A stretch of DNA of 24,000 nucleotides, taken from assembly GCA_030447955.1 (NCBI GenBank), contig JAUJNY010000001.1, positions 315,381-339,380 on the forward strand. Reading direction: 5' to 3'. The translations under genes and the position numbers were made by a program. Below the pieces are notes generated by a model. It was given only the letters and a program-made list of their open reading frames with translations, did not search any database and was not told the DNA's origin. Below, piece by piece: positions 1 to 11,313 of the stretch; position 1 is the stretch's first letter, and the number at the start of each line of letters is the position of its first letter. This stretch comes from Jiangellales bacterium. Its GTDB lineage: Bacteria; Actinomycetota; Actinomycetes; Jiangellales; Jiangellaceae.

Positions 1-521
1 GACGACTCCCGTCGAACTTCGTCGGTATCCCCGTCGCCAAGCAGCTGACTGAGCTGCTCAAGTCCCCGCGCAAGCCTGCTTTTCACCGTGCCGGCGGGTA
101 TGCCGAGCACGTCGGCGACCTGCCGCTCGCTGAGGTCGGCGTAGTAGCGCAGCATGACCACTGCACGCTGCTGCTCCGTAAGCGCACCGAGGGCCGCCAA
201 CACCGAGGCGCGCTGGGTGACCGCGGCAGCCGGGTCCTCCACCACTCGATGGGGGAGGCGCTCGGTGGGGGTCTCGCCCCACCACCTACGGCGTCGACTC
301 TTGGCCAGACAGTTGACAAGGATCCGGTAGACATAGGCGTCCGGTACAGCGGCCGACTGGACCTTGGCCCACCCGGTGTAGCAACGGATCAGCGTGGTTT
401 GCACGATGTCCTCCGCCTCCGTCCGTGAGCATCCGAGCAGAATGGCCGAGCGGACCAGCGGACCCCAGCGCATGTGGACGTACGTCACGTAGTCCGCATC
501 CGGGTCCGCATCCGGGTCCAT
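1..521 (-). CDS. SigE-family (ECF-like) RNA polymerase sigma factor, 3' end truncated by window edge
   Basis: Manual minus-strand translation from ATG at 521: MDPDADPDADYVTYVHMRWGPLVRSAILLGCSRTEAEDIVQTTLIRCYTGWAKVQ...ALTEQQRAVVMLRYYADLSERQVADVLGIPAGTVKSRLARGLEQL; sigma region 2 and region 4 (HTH with GTVKSRLARG). Absent from the ORF track because it runs off the window. Confidence 0.9.
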   Translation of the reverse strand, partial: MDPDADPDADYVTYVHMRWGPLVRSAILLGCSRTEAEDIVQTTLIRCYTGWAKVQSAAVPDAYVYRILVNCLAKSRRRRWWGETPTERLPHRVVEDPAAAVTQRASVLAALGALTEQQRAVVMLRYYADLSERQVADVLGIPAGTVKSRLARGLEQLSQLLGDGDTDEVRRES

Positions 522-605
522 TCAGTGCCCCGTTTCTCATCGGCTCTCCACTAGCTGACCCGGCAGGAGACGATTCGGTTCCGTTGGCGCCTCAATCCAC
601 AACGG

Positions 606-1721
606 CTAGGTCGGCTGCTTGGCCAGTGATTGCCGCGCCACCCGATGCTGCTGTCGTACGGCCTCCAGCGGCCAGCTGCGAGTTAGCGTCCAGGTCACGG
701 CAGCGCCGACGGCGTGCCGGGGGGGACCGGGCTCACGAATCAGGACCTCTCCAGTTGGGGTCTCGACGAGATGGTCCGAGTGCGGCCCGCGGAAACGGAC
801 AACCCGGAGCCGTCCACGCAGCGAGCCGCCGAATTGTGCCCAGCCGGGCCGCACCAGCAGCGGCACTGTGTCACCCACCCGTGCCGCCGGAGGACGCCCG
901 ACTGTGACCACGTGGCCTTGCACCGCCACCGAGCAGCGGTCGCTGCGGGCGTCCACGACAACGCCGTTCACGACTGAGGCGGGGCCGGTCAGCCGGGCGG
1001 CCCACACGTCGACGGGCTCGGCGTACACCTGTTGGGGGGTTCCCAGCTGAACGAGCCGCCCTGCGTTTAGCAGCGCGACCCGGTCGGCGAGTCCGAGCGC
1101 CTCCTCGGCGTCATGGGTCGCGTACAGGCCACCGGCGCCGCTCACCTCCCGCCGGACGACCAGCTCGTCAAGGAAAACCCCCCGGACGTGGGTGTCCAGA
1201 TGCGCTGTCGGCTCGTCGAAGAGATAGAGGGACGCCCGCCGGGCCAGCGCGCGGGCCAGTCCGACCCGCTGCTGCTCACCGCCCGAAAGCTCCGCCGGCC
1301 GTCGGTTGGCGAGGTGGGCGATCCGGAGCCGGTCGAGGATCTCCAGCGCCTCCTCACGGGCTGCCCGCCGGCCGGAGCCGCTGCGCCTGATCGGGTAAGC
1401 GACGGTGTCCAGCGCAGACAGGTGCGGCCAGAGGGCGTAGCTCTGGAAGACGACGGCGACGTCACGACGTTCCGGGGGCTCTGCCTGTCGCGAGGTCGCC
1501 ACCCGCCGACCGTTCAGCCAGACCTCTCCAGTCGTCGGCGGCCGGAATCCGGCGACGGTGTGCAGCAGGGTCGACTTGCCCGAGCCAGATGGGCCGAGGA
1601 GGGCCAGCATCTCCCCGCGGCGTACCCGCAGGCTCACTCCGTCCACGGCGATGGCCCCGTCGTAGGCGACGGTGAGGTCTCGCACCGCGACGACGTCTGG
1701 GCTGGGCGCGTCAGCGGGCAT
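606..1721 (-). CDS. ABC transporter ATP-binding protein (FbpC/PotA-like)
   Basis: 371 aa; Walker A GPSGSGKST, Q-loop VVFQSYALWPH, signature LSGGEQQRVGLARAL, Walker B LYLFDEPTAHLD, C-terminal TOBE-like region; overlaps the upstream permease ORF. Confidence 0.92.
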   Translation of the reverse strand: MPADAPSPDVVAVRDLTVAYDGAIAVDGVSLRVRRGEMLALLGPSGSGKSTLLHTVAGFRPPTTGEVWLNGRRVATSRQAEPPERRDVAVVFQSYALWPHLSALDTVAYPIRRSGSGRRAAREEALEILDRLRIAHLANRRPAELSGGEQQRVGLARALARRASLYLFDEPTAHLDTHVRGVFLDELVVRREVSGAGGLYATHDAEEALGLADRVALLNAGRLVQLGTPQQVYAEPVDVWAARLTGPASVVNGVVVDARSDRCSVAVQGHVVTVGRPPAARVGDTVPLLVRPGWAQFGGSLRGRLRVVRFRGPHSDHLVETPTGEVLIREPGPPRHAVGAAVTWTLTRSWPLEAVRQQHRVARQSLAKQPT

Positions 1722-3378
1722 GCGCGAGGCTCCGCACGCGAGGATCGCTGAGGCGGCGAGGGGAGCCCAGCCACCGGATCAGCATCCACAACAACACCGC
1801 CGGCACGAGCATGACCAAGGTCAGCAGCACCGAGAGCGCTGCTGTCGCCCCGATGCGGCCGAGCTCCCCACTGTTGAGGACGACGACGGCGAGGGTTTCG
1901 CCGTCCGGCCCGTAAAGGAGGCTCGACATGGTCACCTCGTGCAGAGCGGTGACGAAGCAGACGAGCCAGGCGCCGAGAAGAGCTGGCGCGAGCGGCCGCA
2001 ACGCCACAGTGCGTACGGCCGTCAGGGAGTTGGCGCCACTTGCGCGCGCCGCCTGCAGCTCGCCGGCCGGGAGCCGATCCAGCGCCCCCGAGATGGGACG
2101 GTGCGCGAACGCCCACAGCTTGGCGAGGTAGGCGAGCAGGATCAGCGTCAAGGTGCCGCCGAGCCAGCGGCCGTACGTCATGAGCAGGGCCACGGCGAGG
2201 GTGGACCCGGGGAGCACCAGCGTGACGGTCACTAGACTGGCCATCGCACGCCCGCTGCGTTGCCGCTCCAGGACCGCGACGGCCCCGCCCAGCACGGTGA
2301 GCAACGCCGCCGCAGTGACGGCGAGCACGGCGCTGCGTCCCAGCGCCTCCACATTGCGTGCGTTGAGGACGAACCGGAAGTTGTCGAGGGTCCAGTTGCT
2401 CGGTGTCGGGCTCACACCGACCGCAGGGGTGATCGCGGCGGAAACCAGCGCCACCATCGGGAGGACGACGCCCAGCAGCAGGTATCCGCCGAGCCCGGTG
2501 GCGATCCAGCGACCGGTGGCACCGGGCGGGGTCACGATCGGCGCGCCCTCAGGGGCGGCTACCCGGGTGACGCGCAGCCGGGGTCCCAGCCACAGATCTG
2601 CGGGAACCACCACGATCACGGTGAGGACGACCAGCAGCAGCGCCAGGGCGAGGGCTTCGACGAAAGAGATCGGGTCGCTGCCGAGCGAAAGGTCGCGATA
2701 GATCGTCGTGGTCACCGTCGTGAAACCGGCGGGGGTGCCCATCACCTGGGGGATCGCGAAGCTCTCCAGGGTCAGCACGAAGGACAGCACGGACGCCGCG
2801 GCGATCGAAGGGCGCAGCAGCGGCAGCGTCACGTTGCGCAGCACCGATCCGGGCCGAGCCCCGGACGCCCGCGCCGCCCGGTCGAGGTTGGGCTCGGCTC
2901 GGGTGGCGAGGCCGACGGCGGCGAGCAGGTATGTCAACGGCACGGTGTTGACCACCAGCACTGCCCACACGCCCCAGGGACCGTGAACCGAAGGCCATGG
3001 CACGCCCAAGACGGTGTCGGTGAAACCAGCCCGGGCGTAGGCCTGAGTCCAGCTGTAGCCGAGCACGTACTGGGGAACGAGCACGGGCAGCAACATCGCG
3101 AACCGCCACCACCGCCGACCCGGCACGTCGGCTCGACGCAGCCCCAGCGCCACCAGAGTCCCCACCGGGACGGCGACCACGGTGACGGCGACTGAGAGCA
3201 GGACGGTGTTGACGATGGAGTCGCCGAGACTCGGCCGGCCGATCACTTCGTCCAGGCTTGCCGACCCCTCGGTCCAGACGACGTACGCCAGCCGAAAGAT
3301 CGGCAGGACGACGAGCAGTGCGATGACGGCGCCAACAGCCAGCAGCCCGGCCCGCGGCGCTAGACGCGCGGACCGCAT
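1711..3378 (-). CDS. ABC transporter permease with two fused inner-membrane modules (FbpB-like)
   Basis: 555 aa, many hydrophobic segments, two BPD-transport-type halves (…RASGARPGSVLRNVTLPLLRPSI… and …RAASGANSLTAVRTVALRPLAPALL…, EAA-like loops); start just before the substrate-binding gene stop. Confidence 0.92.
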   Translation of the reverse strand: MRSARLAPRAGLLAVGAVIALLVVLPIFRLAYVVWTEGSASLDEVIGRPSLGDSIVNTVLLSVAVTVVAVPVGTLVALGLRRADVPGRRWWRFAMLLPVLVPQYVLGYSWTQAYARAGFTDTVLGVPWPSVHGPWGVWAVLVVNTVPLTYLLAAVGLATRAEPNLDRAARASGARPGSVLRNVTLPLLRPSIAAASVLSFVLTLESFAIPQVMGTPAGFTTVTTTIYRDLSLGSDPISFVEALALALLLVVLTVIVVVPADLWLGPRLRVTRVAAPEGAPIVTPPGATGRWIATGLGGYLLLGVVLPMVALVSAAITPAVGVSPTPSNWTLDNFRFVLNARNVEALGRSAVLAVTAAALLTVLGGAVAVLERQRSGRAMASLVTVTLVLPGSTLAVALLMTYGRWLGGTLTLILLAYLAKLWAFAHRPISGALDRLPAGELQAARASGANSLTAVRTVALRPLAPALLGAWLVCFVTALHEVTMSSLLYGPDGETLAVVVLNSGELGRIGATAALSVLLTLVMLVPAVLLWMLIRWLGSPRRLSDPRVRSLAHAR

Positions 3379-3381
3379 CCC

Positions 3382-4374
3382 TCAGCCGCCGAAAATCTGC
3401 TCGTAGTCGGCCAGCAGGGCGTCCTTGTTCGCGGTGACCTGCGACCAGTTCGGATAGACCACCGGGGCGTCGGCTGGAACCTCTGGACCTTCGACGCCAG
3501 GCCGCGTTGGGTAGGAGCCCGCCTCCGCCACGACCTGCTGTCCCGGCTCGCTGACGACGTAGGAGATGAAGTCCTTGGCCAGCGTGGAATTTCCGCTCTC
3601 TCGGGCCAGCGCGATCGGCCCGTAGATCGCGACCGCGCCCGGTTCGGGCCACTCGACTTCGATCGGCGATCCGGAGTCGCGTGCCAGGTAGGCGGAGTTC
3701 GCGATCGTGATTCCGGCCTGATAGAGCCCCTGCGCGACCCCGGCCGTCACCTCGTCGGGCGTGCTGAGCTGCTCGGCCCCCCGCTCCTTCAGCGTGGAGT
3801 AGAAGTCGAGCCCGTAGCCGGGCGCCTGGGCGAAGTAGGCCAGCGCCCCGAGCGCGGAAGCTGCGGTGTTCGGGTCCGGGACGGCTACGGGCTCGTAGTC
3901 GGGGCCGGCGAGGTCTGACCAGCTGCTGGGTGCGGGGACGTCGTCGTGGTAGGCCGCCACCATGTACAGCAGCGCGACGCCCACGTAGTCGTCGGTCCGG
4001 AACTGCTCGGGGATGTCGGCTGCCTCCTCCGGGGTCCAGCCGCCGACCAGGTCCTGGTCGACGTACCCCTGCATGGAGAGCGGGTCGCAGGCCCAGATCA
4101 CGTCGGCCTCCAGCCCGCCTGACCGCACGTCCCCAGCGATCCTTGCGTTGAGGTCTCCGGTCGTGGCGCGGAACAGCTTGACGTCGGTGCCCGGGTGCTC
4201 CGACTCGAACTGCGAGATGACCGGCTGGATCGTCTCGTCACTGACGCAGGTATAGAGCGTGATCGCCTCCGACTCTCCTCCCGACCCCGAGCTGCAAGCG
4301 AGCGGCAGCAGGACGAGCGGCAGGAGGGCGAGCCGTCGCCTGAGGCCCAGACGTTCGGCTCCAGGCGCCAGCAT
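3382..4374 (-). CDS. Extracellular solute-binding lipoprotein, Fe(3+)/FutA-FbpA-like
   Basis: Likely start MLAPGAERLGLRRRLALLPLVLLPLACSS (lipobox LPLAC) at 4374 (track ORF begins at 4428); ITLYTCVSDETIQPVISQFESEHPGTDVKLFRATTGDLNARIAGDVRSGGLEADVIWACDP is typical of this binding-protein family; operon with permease and ATPase. Confidence 0.88.
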   Translation of the reverse strand: MLAPGAERLGLRRRLALLPLVLLPLACSSGSGGESEAITLYTCVSDETIQPVISQFESEHPGTDVKLFRATTGDLNARIAGDVRSGGLEADVIWACDPLSMQGYVDQDLVGGWTPEEAADIPEQFRTDDYVGVALLYMVAAYHDDVPAPSSWSDLAGPDYEPVAVPDPNTAASALGALAYFAQAPGYGLDFYSTLKERGAEQLSTPDEVTAGVAQGLYQAGITIANSAYLARDSGSPIEVEWPEPGAVAIYGPIALARESGNSTLAKDFISYVVSEPGQQVVAEAGSYPTRPGVEGPEVPADAPVVYPNWSQVTANKDALLADYEQIFGG

Positions 4375-4532
4375 GCGACGGAGCCTACGGGCAGGTGGCG
4401 CGACCGTTGGAGGACGACTTCCCCGCACCGCGTAAGGCGGACGGCGCCTGAATTCGCCTGCCCGCGACGCCTCGTCGAGCCGAGGTGCCAGGGCGGCGCC
4501 GGGGCATGAGTCGGCGGTTCACGCGTTCAGGG

Positions 4533-5000
4533 TCAGAGCGACTTGGTCAGTCGGACGTCTTCCTCGGCGTAGCCGAGCGCCTCGTAGAAGGCGCGCGCGG
4601 CGCGGTTGGCGGCTCCCGTCTCGAGCGTGAGAAGGCAGAGCCCGCGTCGCCGAGCCCAGTCCTCCGCGGCGGCCATCAGCGCGCTGCCGACGCCACGGCG
4701 TACGGCCGAAGCAGCCACGACCAGCTCACCGACGTACCCGTCCAGCTGCCCGCTGAAGTGGCGTCGCTCGGACACAGCGACCAGGCCGAGCAGCTCTTGG
4801 CCGGCCACGGCGACCAGGACGGCTCGCCCAGCGTGCTCCGCGGTGTCCAACGACCCGGCCACCCAGGTGCGAACGGCACCGCGGACGGCGTCCGGATCGC
4901 GCCAGTCCGCGACGCCTTCTCCCAGCCGCGGTGCCAGGGCCATCGCGGCCGGCCGATCCGTTGGGTGGTAGCGGCGAACCTGCACGTTGGACGTGTCCAC
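4533..5000 (-). CDS. GNAT-family N-acetyltransferase
   Basis: 155 aa; acetyl-CoA binding segment ELVVAASAVRRGVGSALMAAAEDWARRRG and C-terminal LETGAANRAARAFYEALGY. Confidence 0.88.
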   Translation of the reverse strand: MDTSNVQVRRYHPTDRPAAMALAPRLGEGVADWRDPDAVRGAVRTWVAGSLDTAEHAGRAVLVAVAGQELLGLVAVSERRHFSGQLDGYVGELVVAASAVRRGVGSALMAAAEDWARRRGLCLLTLETGAANRAARAFYEALGYAEEDVRLTKSL

Positions 5001-5023
5001 GCCTCGAGAGTGGCACCCCGCGC

Positions 5024-5040
5024 GGCCTTCAATAAAGGCC
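5024..5040. terminator. Short hairpin immediately downstream of ppa, possible terminator
   Basis: GGCCTT-caata-AAGGCC, 4 nt past the ppa stop codon (minus strand); no strong U-tract. Confidence 0.35.
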
Positions 5041-5044
5041 GAGG

Positions 5045-5677
5045 TCAGCTCGGCGGTGGAGTCCCTGCTGGAGCGCCGCTGGGCGGCGAAGCCTCGCTGG
5101 TCGCTGAAGCCTGGCTAGGCGGCGGAGCCTCGTCCGGCGGCGCAGCCTCGGCCGGCGGCGGTACATCTTCGCGCGGGTCCTCCAGGTGGGTGGTACCTGC
5201 CTCGCGGGCACGCTGGTACGACTCGCGGATCTCCGCCTCCGCCGCTCGCCGACCCACCCAGGTGGCGCCCTCGACCGACTTGCCTGGCTCGAGGTCCTTG
5301 TAGACCTCGAAAAAGTGCTGGATCTCCAGCCGGTCGTACTCCGGCATGTGGTGGATGTCGCGCAGGTGCTCCAGCCGCGGGTCCTCGGCTGGTACAGCGA
5401 TGACCTTGTCGTCGCCGCCCTTCTCGTCGCTCATCCGGAACATGCCGATCGCGCGGGCGCGGATGAGACAGCCGGGAAAGGTGGGCTCTTGCACGAGGAC
5501 GAGCACGTCGAGCGGGTCACCGTCGAGGCCGAGGGTGTCGTCCACGAACCCGTAGTCGGCGGGGTACTGCGTCGCGGTGAACAGCGTCCGGTCCAGCTTG
5601 ATGCGGCCGCTGACGTGGTCCAGCTCGTACTTGTTGCGGTTCCCTTTGGGGATCTCGATCGTGACGTCGAAGTCCAC
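5045..5677 (-). CDS. ppa: Inorganic pyrophosphatase with Pro/Ala/Glu-rich C-terminal tail
   Basis: GTG start at 5677: [61 protein letters not shown]...; canonical family I PPase motifs. Track ORF (5045-6235) is artificially extended upstream. Confidence 0.96.
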   Translation of the reverse strand: MDFDVTIEIPKGNRNKYELDHVSGRIKLDRTLFTATQYPADYGFVDDTLGLDGDPLDVLVLVQEPTFPGCLIRARAIGMFRMSDEKGGDDKVIAVPAEDPRLEHLRDIHHMPEYDRLEIQHFFEVYKDLEPGKSVEGATWVGRRAAEAEIRESYQRAREAGTTHLEDPREDVPPPAEAAPPDEAPPPSQASATSEASPPSGAPAGTPPPS

Positions 5678-5764
5678 GGCTGCTCCGCGTGCGAGGGTCG
5701 GGGTGCTCGGGGCCGCCCCAGTGTCCCCTACGGTCGAGAACGCTGACACGAGGCGTGAGGTGGT

Positions 5765-7243
5765 GTGCCGGTGCGGGAACGCAGGACGGCGCTGGCCGCG
5801 CTCGCGGCCGTGCTCGCCGGGCTCCTCGCCGCAGGCGTTGTCCTGGTGGCCAGTCCCGTTGCCCGGAACTCCGTCCGGAGCAGCGTCAGCGACGCCCTCG
5901 GGGCGGCGCAGCCCGGCGGGGCGAGCGATCGACCCCACGGAGGGGGGACGCGACCGCAGTCGCCGTCGGCATCGCAACCGGTGGTGCGGCTGGTGGCGGA
6001 CCCCGTGCTGGGCACCGCCCGACCCGAGCCGGTCCGCAAGGGACGCTCGTACGACTCCGTCCTCGACCCGCTGCTGGATGACTCCGCGCTGGGCAGCCGG
6101 GTCGGGGCCGCGGTGCTCGACCTGCGCGCCGGGCGCATCGTCTACGCACGCGGCTCGGGGCGGGAGTACACGCCGGCGAGCACCGCGAAGCTCTTCACCG
6201 CGCTTGCCGCGCTGGCCACTCTGGGACCGCAGCATCGGTTCGTGACGACAGTGGTGCCTGCCCGGCGGGGCCGCATCGTGCTGGTCGGTGGAGGCGACCC
6301 CCTGCTCTCGGCGACCACTCCCGGGGTGAGCTCCACCGACGTTCCCTCCCTGACGTCACTGCCCGCGCTCGCTCGGCACACCGCAGCACGCCTGCTCGAG
6401 CGCGACCGCTCCCGGGTGCGACTCGCGGTGGACGACTCGCTGTTCGTCGGACCTGCCGTGTCCGCCGCCTGGGAGAAGTCCTACGTCCCCTCCGGCGTCG
6501 TCGCGCCGGTCAGCGCCCTCGCCGTCGACGGCGGCCGGCTCGAGCCCGGCCTGGCCGCGCGGGCGCCGGATCCGGCGCTCGCGGCCGGCCGGGTGTTCGC
6601 CGCCGCGCTCGAACGGGCCGGAGTCGAGGTCGCCGGTCGAGTCGTCCGTACGGCGGCGCCACGTGACGCCGCGGCGCTGGCCCGGTCGAGGTCGGCGCCG
6701 CTGTCCGCCGTGGTCGAGCAGGTGCTGGCCAGCAGTGACAACGACGGCGCGGAGGTCCTCATCCGGCACGTCGCCCTCGCCGAGCAGCGCACAGGCTCCT
6801 TCGCCGGTTCGCGCCGCGCCCGTACGGCGGTGCTCCAGCGACTCGCCCTCCCGCTCGCGGACGCCGTGCTGCCCGACGGCAGCGGACTGGCTCGGGGTGC
6901 CCGGGTGAGCCCGCGCCTGCTGGTGAGGGCGTTGGGCGTCGCCGCCTCGACGAGGCACCCGGAGCTGCGCCCCGTCATCACCGGGCTACCGGTGGCCGGC
7001 TTCTCCGGGACCCTGGTCGACCGCTTCGTCGACGGGGCAGCGGCGTCGGCCGGTGGACTCGTCCGCGCCAAGACCGGGACCCTCACCGGGGTGACGTCCC
7101 TCGCCGGAGTCGCCACCTCCGCCGCCGGTCGGGTCCTGGCGTTCGCGCTGCTGGCCGATCACGTGGACCCCGCCGCCGTCCTTGAGGCGCGAGCAGCCCT
7201 CGACGAAGCCGCCGCGGCACTGGCCCAGTGCGGCTGTCGCTGA
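5765..7243 (+). CDS. dacB: D-alanyl-D-alanine carboxypeptidase/endopeptidase (peptidase S13, PBP4-like)
   Basis: 492 aa; N-terminal TM/signal, [12 protein letters not shown] (SxxK), [10 protein letters not shown] (SDN), [13 protein letters not shown] (KTG). Confidence 0.93.
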   Translation: MPVRERRTALAALAAVLAGLLAAGVVLVASPVARNSVRSSVSDALGAAQPGGASDRPHGGGTRPQSPSASQPVVRLVADPVLGTARPEPVRKGRSYDSVLDPLLDDSALGSRVGAAVLDLRAGRIVYARGSGREYTPASTAKLFTALAALATLGPQHRFVTTVVPARRGRIVLVGGGDPLLSATTPGVSSTDVPSLTSLPALARHTAARLLERDRSRVRLAVDDSLFVGPAVSAAWEKSYVPSGVVAPVSALAVDGGRLEPGLAARAPDPALAAGRVFAAALERAGVEVAGRVVRTAAPRDAAALARSRSAPLSAVVEQVLASSDNDGAEVLIRHVALAEQRTGSFAGSRRARTAVLQRLALPLADAVLPDGSGLARGARVSPRLLVRALGVAASTRHPELRPVITGLPVAGFSGTLVDRFVDGAAASAGGLVRAKTGTLTGVTSLAGVATSAAGRVLAFALLADHVDPAAVLEARAALDEAAAALAQCGCR

Positions 7244-8200
<957 letters not shown>

Positions 8201-8335
8201 TCGTCTCGAACCGCGCAGCGGCCCGCACCGGTTCTCGGTGCGGGCCGTTTCGCTGTCCAGCGCCCGGTTGAGGAGCAATCCCGCGTCACCTCCAGCGCCC
8301 CGACCGCCCGCGCGGTCGGCACGTACGGTTGTCCC

Positions 8336-9478
8336 ATGACCGACCCCAGCGGTGACGCTGCTCCCGACCTCGTCGACTGGAACCTCGCGGTCAGTACCGC
8401 CCGCCGGCTCACCCGTCCCGGCCCCGAGGTCAGCCGCGCCGAGGCCCGCAGCGTCGTCGCGGACCTGCGCGACCTTGCCGCCAAGGCCGAGGGCCACGTA
8501 CGTGGCTACACCGGCCTGTACGCCGAGAGCGGGACCGCACCGGTCGTGGTGGTCGACCGTGCCGGGTGGGTGCAGGCGAACGCCGACGGCATGCGCATCG
8601 TGCTCCGCCCGCTCATGGCCAAGATCGCCGCCCGCCGAGCCGCCGGGGCGTGGGGCCCCACGGGCGGCCTCGCGGACGTCGTCGGCCCGCGGGTCACCGG
8701 TGCCGAGACCGGCGCTCTGTTCGCCTTTCTCTCCTCCAAGGTGCTCGGCCAGTTCGACCCGTACTGGGCCGCGCCCGCCGGCCCGGAAGCCCCCGGGTCG
8801 GTCTCCTCGGGGCGGCTGCTGCTCGTCGCGCCCAACGTCGTCCAGGTCGAGCGCGAGCTGGGTGTGGACCCCCGCGACTTCCGCATGTGGGTGTGCCTCC
8901 ACGAGGAGACCCATCGGGTGCAGTTCACCGCCGTGCCGTGGCTGCGCGACCACGTCCGCGCCGAGATCGCCGCCTTTCTCGAGGCGACCGACATCGAACC
9001 GGCGGTGCTTGTCGCTCGGCTGCGCAAGGTCCTCAGTGGGCTGGTGGAGTCGCTGCGCAGGGGTGACGCCGGGGACCTGTCGCTCCTCGACCTCGTGCAG
9101 TCGCCGGAGCAACGTGCGGTGCTCGAGCGCCTCACCGCGGTCATGTCACTGCTGGAAGGGCACGCCGAGGTCGTCATGGACGAGGTGGGCCCCGACGTGG
9201 TCCCGTCGGTGGCGAGGATCCGGGAGCTCTTCCAGTCGCGGCGGGCCGGCAGCGGACAGCTCGACCGGCTGCTGCGCCGCCTGCTCGGCCTGGAAGCCAA
9301 GATGCGCCAGTACCGCGATGGCGCGATCTTCGTACGGGCGGTCGTCGAGCAGGTCGGGATGGACGGCTTCAACCGCGTCTGGCAGAGCCCGCAGCACCTG
9401 CCGCGACCGGAGGAGATCATCGACCCGCAGGCCTGGGTGACCCGGGTGCACGGCAACCCCGCCCTCGGGCCGGCCTGA
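8336..9478 (+). CDS. Zinc-dependent metalloprotease, conserved actinobacterial family
   Basis: 380 aa; VCLHEETHRVQFTAVPWLRDHV (HExxH-like HEETH), GHAEVVMDEVG second motif; position between dacB and tilS is the typical actinobacterial neighbourhood. Confidence 0.85.
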   Translation: MTDPSGDAAPDLVDWNLAVSTARRLTRPGPEVSRAEARSVVADLRDLAAKAEGHVRGYTGLYAESGTAPVVVVDRAGWVQANADGMRIVLRPLMAKIAARRAAGAWGPTGGLADVVGPRVTGAETGALFAFLSSKVLGQFDPYWAAPAGPEAPGSVSSGRLLLVAPNVVQVERELGVDPRDFRMWVCLHEETHRVQFTAVPWLRDHVRAEIAAFLEATDIEPAVLVARLRKVLSGLVESLRRGDAGDLSLLDLVQSPEQRAVLERLTAVMSLLEGHAEVVMDEVGPDVVPSVARIRELFQSRRAGSGQLDRLLRRLLGLEAKMRQYRDGAIFVRAVVEQVGMDGFNRVWQSPQHLPRPEEIIDPQAWVTRVHGNPALGPA

Positions 9479-9491
9479 CGCGCAGCCTCCC

Positions 9492-10469
9492 GTGGGCCCG
9501 GACCCGCAGACCGCAGCCTGCCGGCTGGCCGTACGTCGCTGCCTCACCGACCTGCCCCCCGGGGCGCTGGTGCTCGCCGCCTGCTCGGGTGGGGCCGACT
9601 CCTACGCGCTGGCGGTTGCGCTGGCCTTCGAGGGGCCGCGGGCAGGGCTGCGGGTCGGGGCGCTGACCGTCGACCACGGCCTGCAGTCCGGCTCCGGTGA
9701 GCGCGCCGAGCGCGTCGCCCAAGAACTGCGCGTGCTGGTGCTGGACCCGGTGGAGGTGTTGTCGGCCCCGGTGGGCGGGCGCGATGGTCCAGAGGGCGCC
9801 GCCCGGGCGGCGCGCTACGCAGCGCTGGAGGAGGCGGCGCGACAGCACGGGGCCGCCACCGTGCTGCTCGGGCACACCCGCGACGACCAGGCCGAGACGG
9901 TCCTGCTCGGGCTCGCCCGCGGCTCCGGCGCACGTTCGCTTTCCGGCATGCGGCCGCGCACCGGTTGCTACCGCCGGCCGCTGCTCGACCTACCGCGCTC
10001 GACGACCCTCGCCGCCTGCCGGGCGGCGGGACTCGTGCCGTGGGAGGACCCGCACAACGCCGACCCCGTCTTTGCCCGGGCGCGCGTGCGCCACGCGGCA
10101 CTGCCGGCACTCGAAGACACGCTTGGGCCGGGGGTCGCCGATGCGCTCACCCGCACCGCCCGGCTGCTGCGCGACGACGCTGACGCCCTCGACGCCTGGG
10201 CTGGGCGGGCGGCCGCCGAGTGCGCCCGGCCCGGTGAGACTTACGACGTCGCCGCCCTGGCCGCGCTGCCGGCGGCCGTACGACGCCGGGTGCTGCGTGC
10301 CGCCGCCCTCGGCGGGGGAGCCCCCCCGACGGACCTCGCTTGCGCCCACATCGACGCGCTCGAGGCCCTGGTGCTCAACTGGCACGGGCAGCGTGGCGTC
10401 GACCTCCCGGGTGGGCTGCGCGGATGGCGCAGGGGCAGCGTGATCCGGGTCGAGCGGGTGCCGCGCTGA
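9492..10469 (+). CDS. tilS: tRNA(Ile)-lysidine synthetase
   Basis: LVLAACSGGADSYALAVALAFE (PP-loop SGGADS), GHTRDDQAETVLLGLARGSGARSLSGM, RPLLDLPRSTT. Confidence 0.93.
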   Translation: MGPDPQTAACRLAVRRCLTDLPPGALVLAACSGGADSYALAVALAFEGPRAGLRVGALTVDHGLQSGSGERAERVAQELRVLVLDPVEVLSAPVGGRDGPEGAARAARYAALEEAARQHGAATVLLGHTRDDQAETVLLGLARGSGARSLSGMRPRTGCYRRPLLDLPRSTTLAACRAAGLVPWEDPHNADPVFARARVRHAALPALEDTLGPGVADALTRTARLLRDDADALDAWAGRAAAECARPGETYDVAALAALPAAVRRRVLRAAALGGGAPPTDLACAHIDALEALVLNWHGQRGVDLPGGLRGWRRGSVIRVERVPR

Positions 10470-10504
10470 GCGAGGGTTGCGGGGTGCCGCGCTGACGCAG
10501 CGCT

Positions 10505-11074
10505 GTGGCAGGCTGCGCCCCCGTGGACGAGCGGGACGTCGGTGACGACCTCGACCGAGTCCTGCTCAGCGAGCGGGACATCGCCGCCCGCATCGGCGAG
10601 CTAGCCGCCGACATCCGCCGCGACTACGAGGGCCGCGACCTGCTGCTCGTGGGTGTCCTCAAGGGTGCGGTCATGGTCATGGCGGACCTCGCCCGGGTCC
10701 TCGACCGCCACGTCGCGATGGACTGGATGGCGATCTCGTCCTACGGCTCCGGCACCCGCTCCAGCGGCGTGGTCCGCATCCTCAAGGACCTCGACGCGGA
10801 CATCAGCGCGCGCGACGTGCTCGTGGTGGAGGACATAGTCGACACCGGCCTCACCCTGTCCTGGCTGGTGTCCAACCTGCGCAGCCGCGGACCCGCGTCG
10901 GTCGAGGTCTGCACGCTGCTGCGCAAGCCGGAGGCGGCCAAGCTCGACGTGGACGTGCGCTACGTGGGTTTCGACATCCCCGACGCCTTCGTCGTCGGGT
11001 ACGGCCTGGACTACGCCGAGCGCTATCGCAACCTGCGCGTCGTGGCCACCCTCGCCCCGCACGTCTACTCCTGA
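10505..11074 (+). CDS. hpt: Hypoxanthine phosphoribosyltransferase (start may be GTG 10523)
   Basis: [34 protein letters not shown] (PRPP site), [15 protein letters not shown]. Confidence 0.95.
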   Translation: MAGCAPVDERDVGDDLDRVLLSERDIAARIGELAADIRRDYEGRDLLLVGVLKGAVMVMADLARVLDRHVAMDWMAISSYGSGTRSSGVVRILKDLDADISARDVLVVEDIVDTGLTLSWLVSNLRSRGPASVEVCTLLRKPEAAKLDVDVRYVGFDIPDAFVVGYGLDYAERYRNLRVVATLAPHVYS

Positions 11075-11313
11075 GCCGCATCGTCCACATCCCCATCCGC
11101 CCGGGAACACCGTCACGACCAGCGGCGTTCTTGCGTACGGCGGGTCGCCCGCGCCGGTTTAGCCGGGGCCGGCGTCGCCGCGGCGGTGTACCGTCTAGGG
11201 ACTCGACATGGTGGGGCCAGGCCCCGCCGGTCCGGGCCGCGGGACCCGGGTGCGCGAAGCATCCGTGCCCGGGCGTCAGATGGCGAGGAGGGACGGGGCC
11301 GCGGTCCCGCGTC

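Noticed and set aside
2549-3652. Minus-strand 367-aa ORF in a second frame across the permease and binding-protein genes
   Set aside because: Arg/Gly/Ala-rich shadow frame overlapping well-supported ABC transporter genes.
5678-6235. Upstream part of the 396-aa ORF containing pyrophosphatase
   Set aside because: Antisense to dacB and upstream of the conserved PPase start [12 protein letters not shown]; open frame due to GC bias only.
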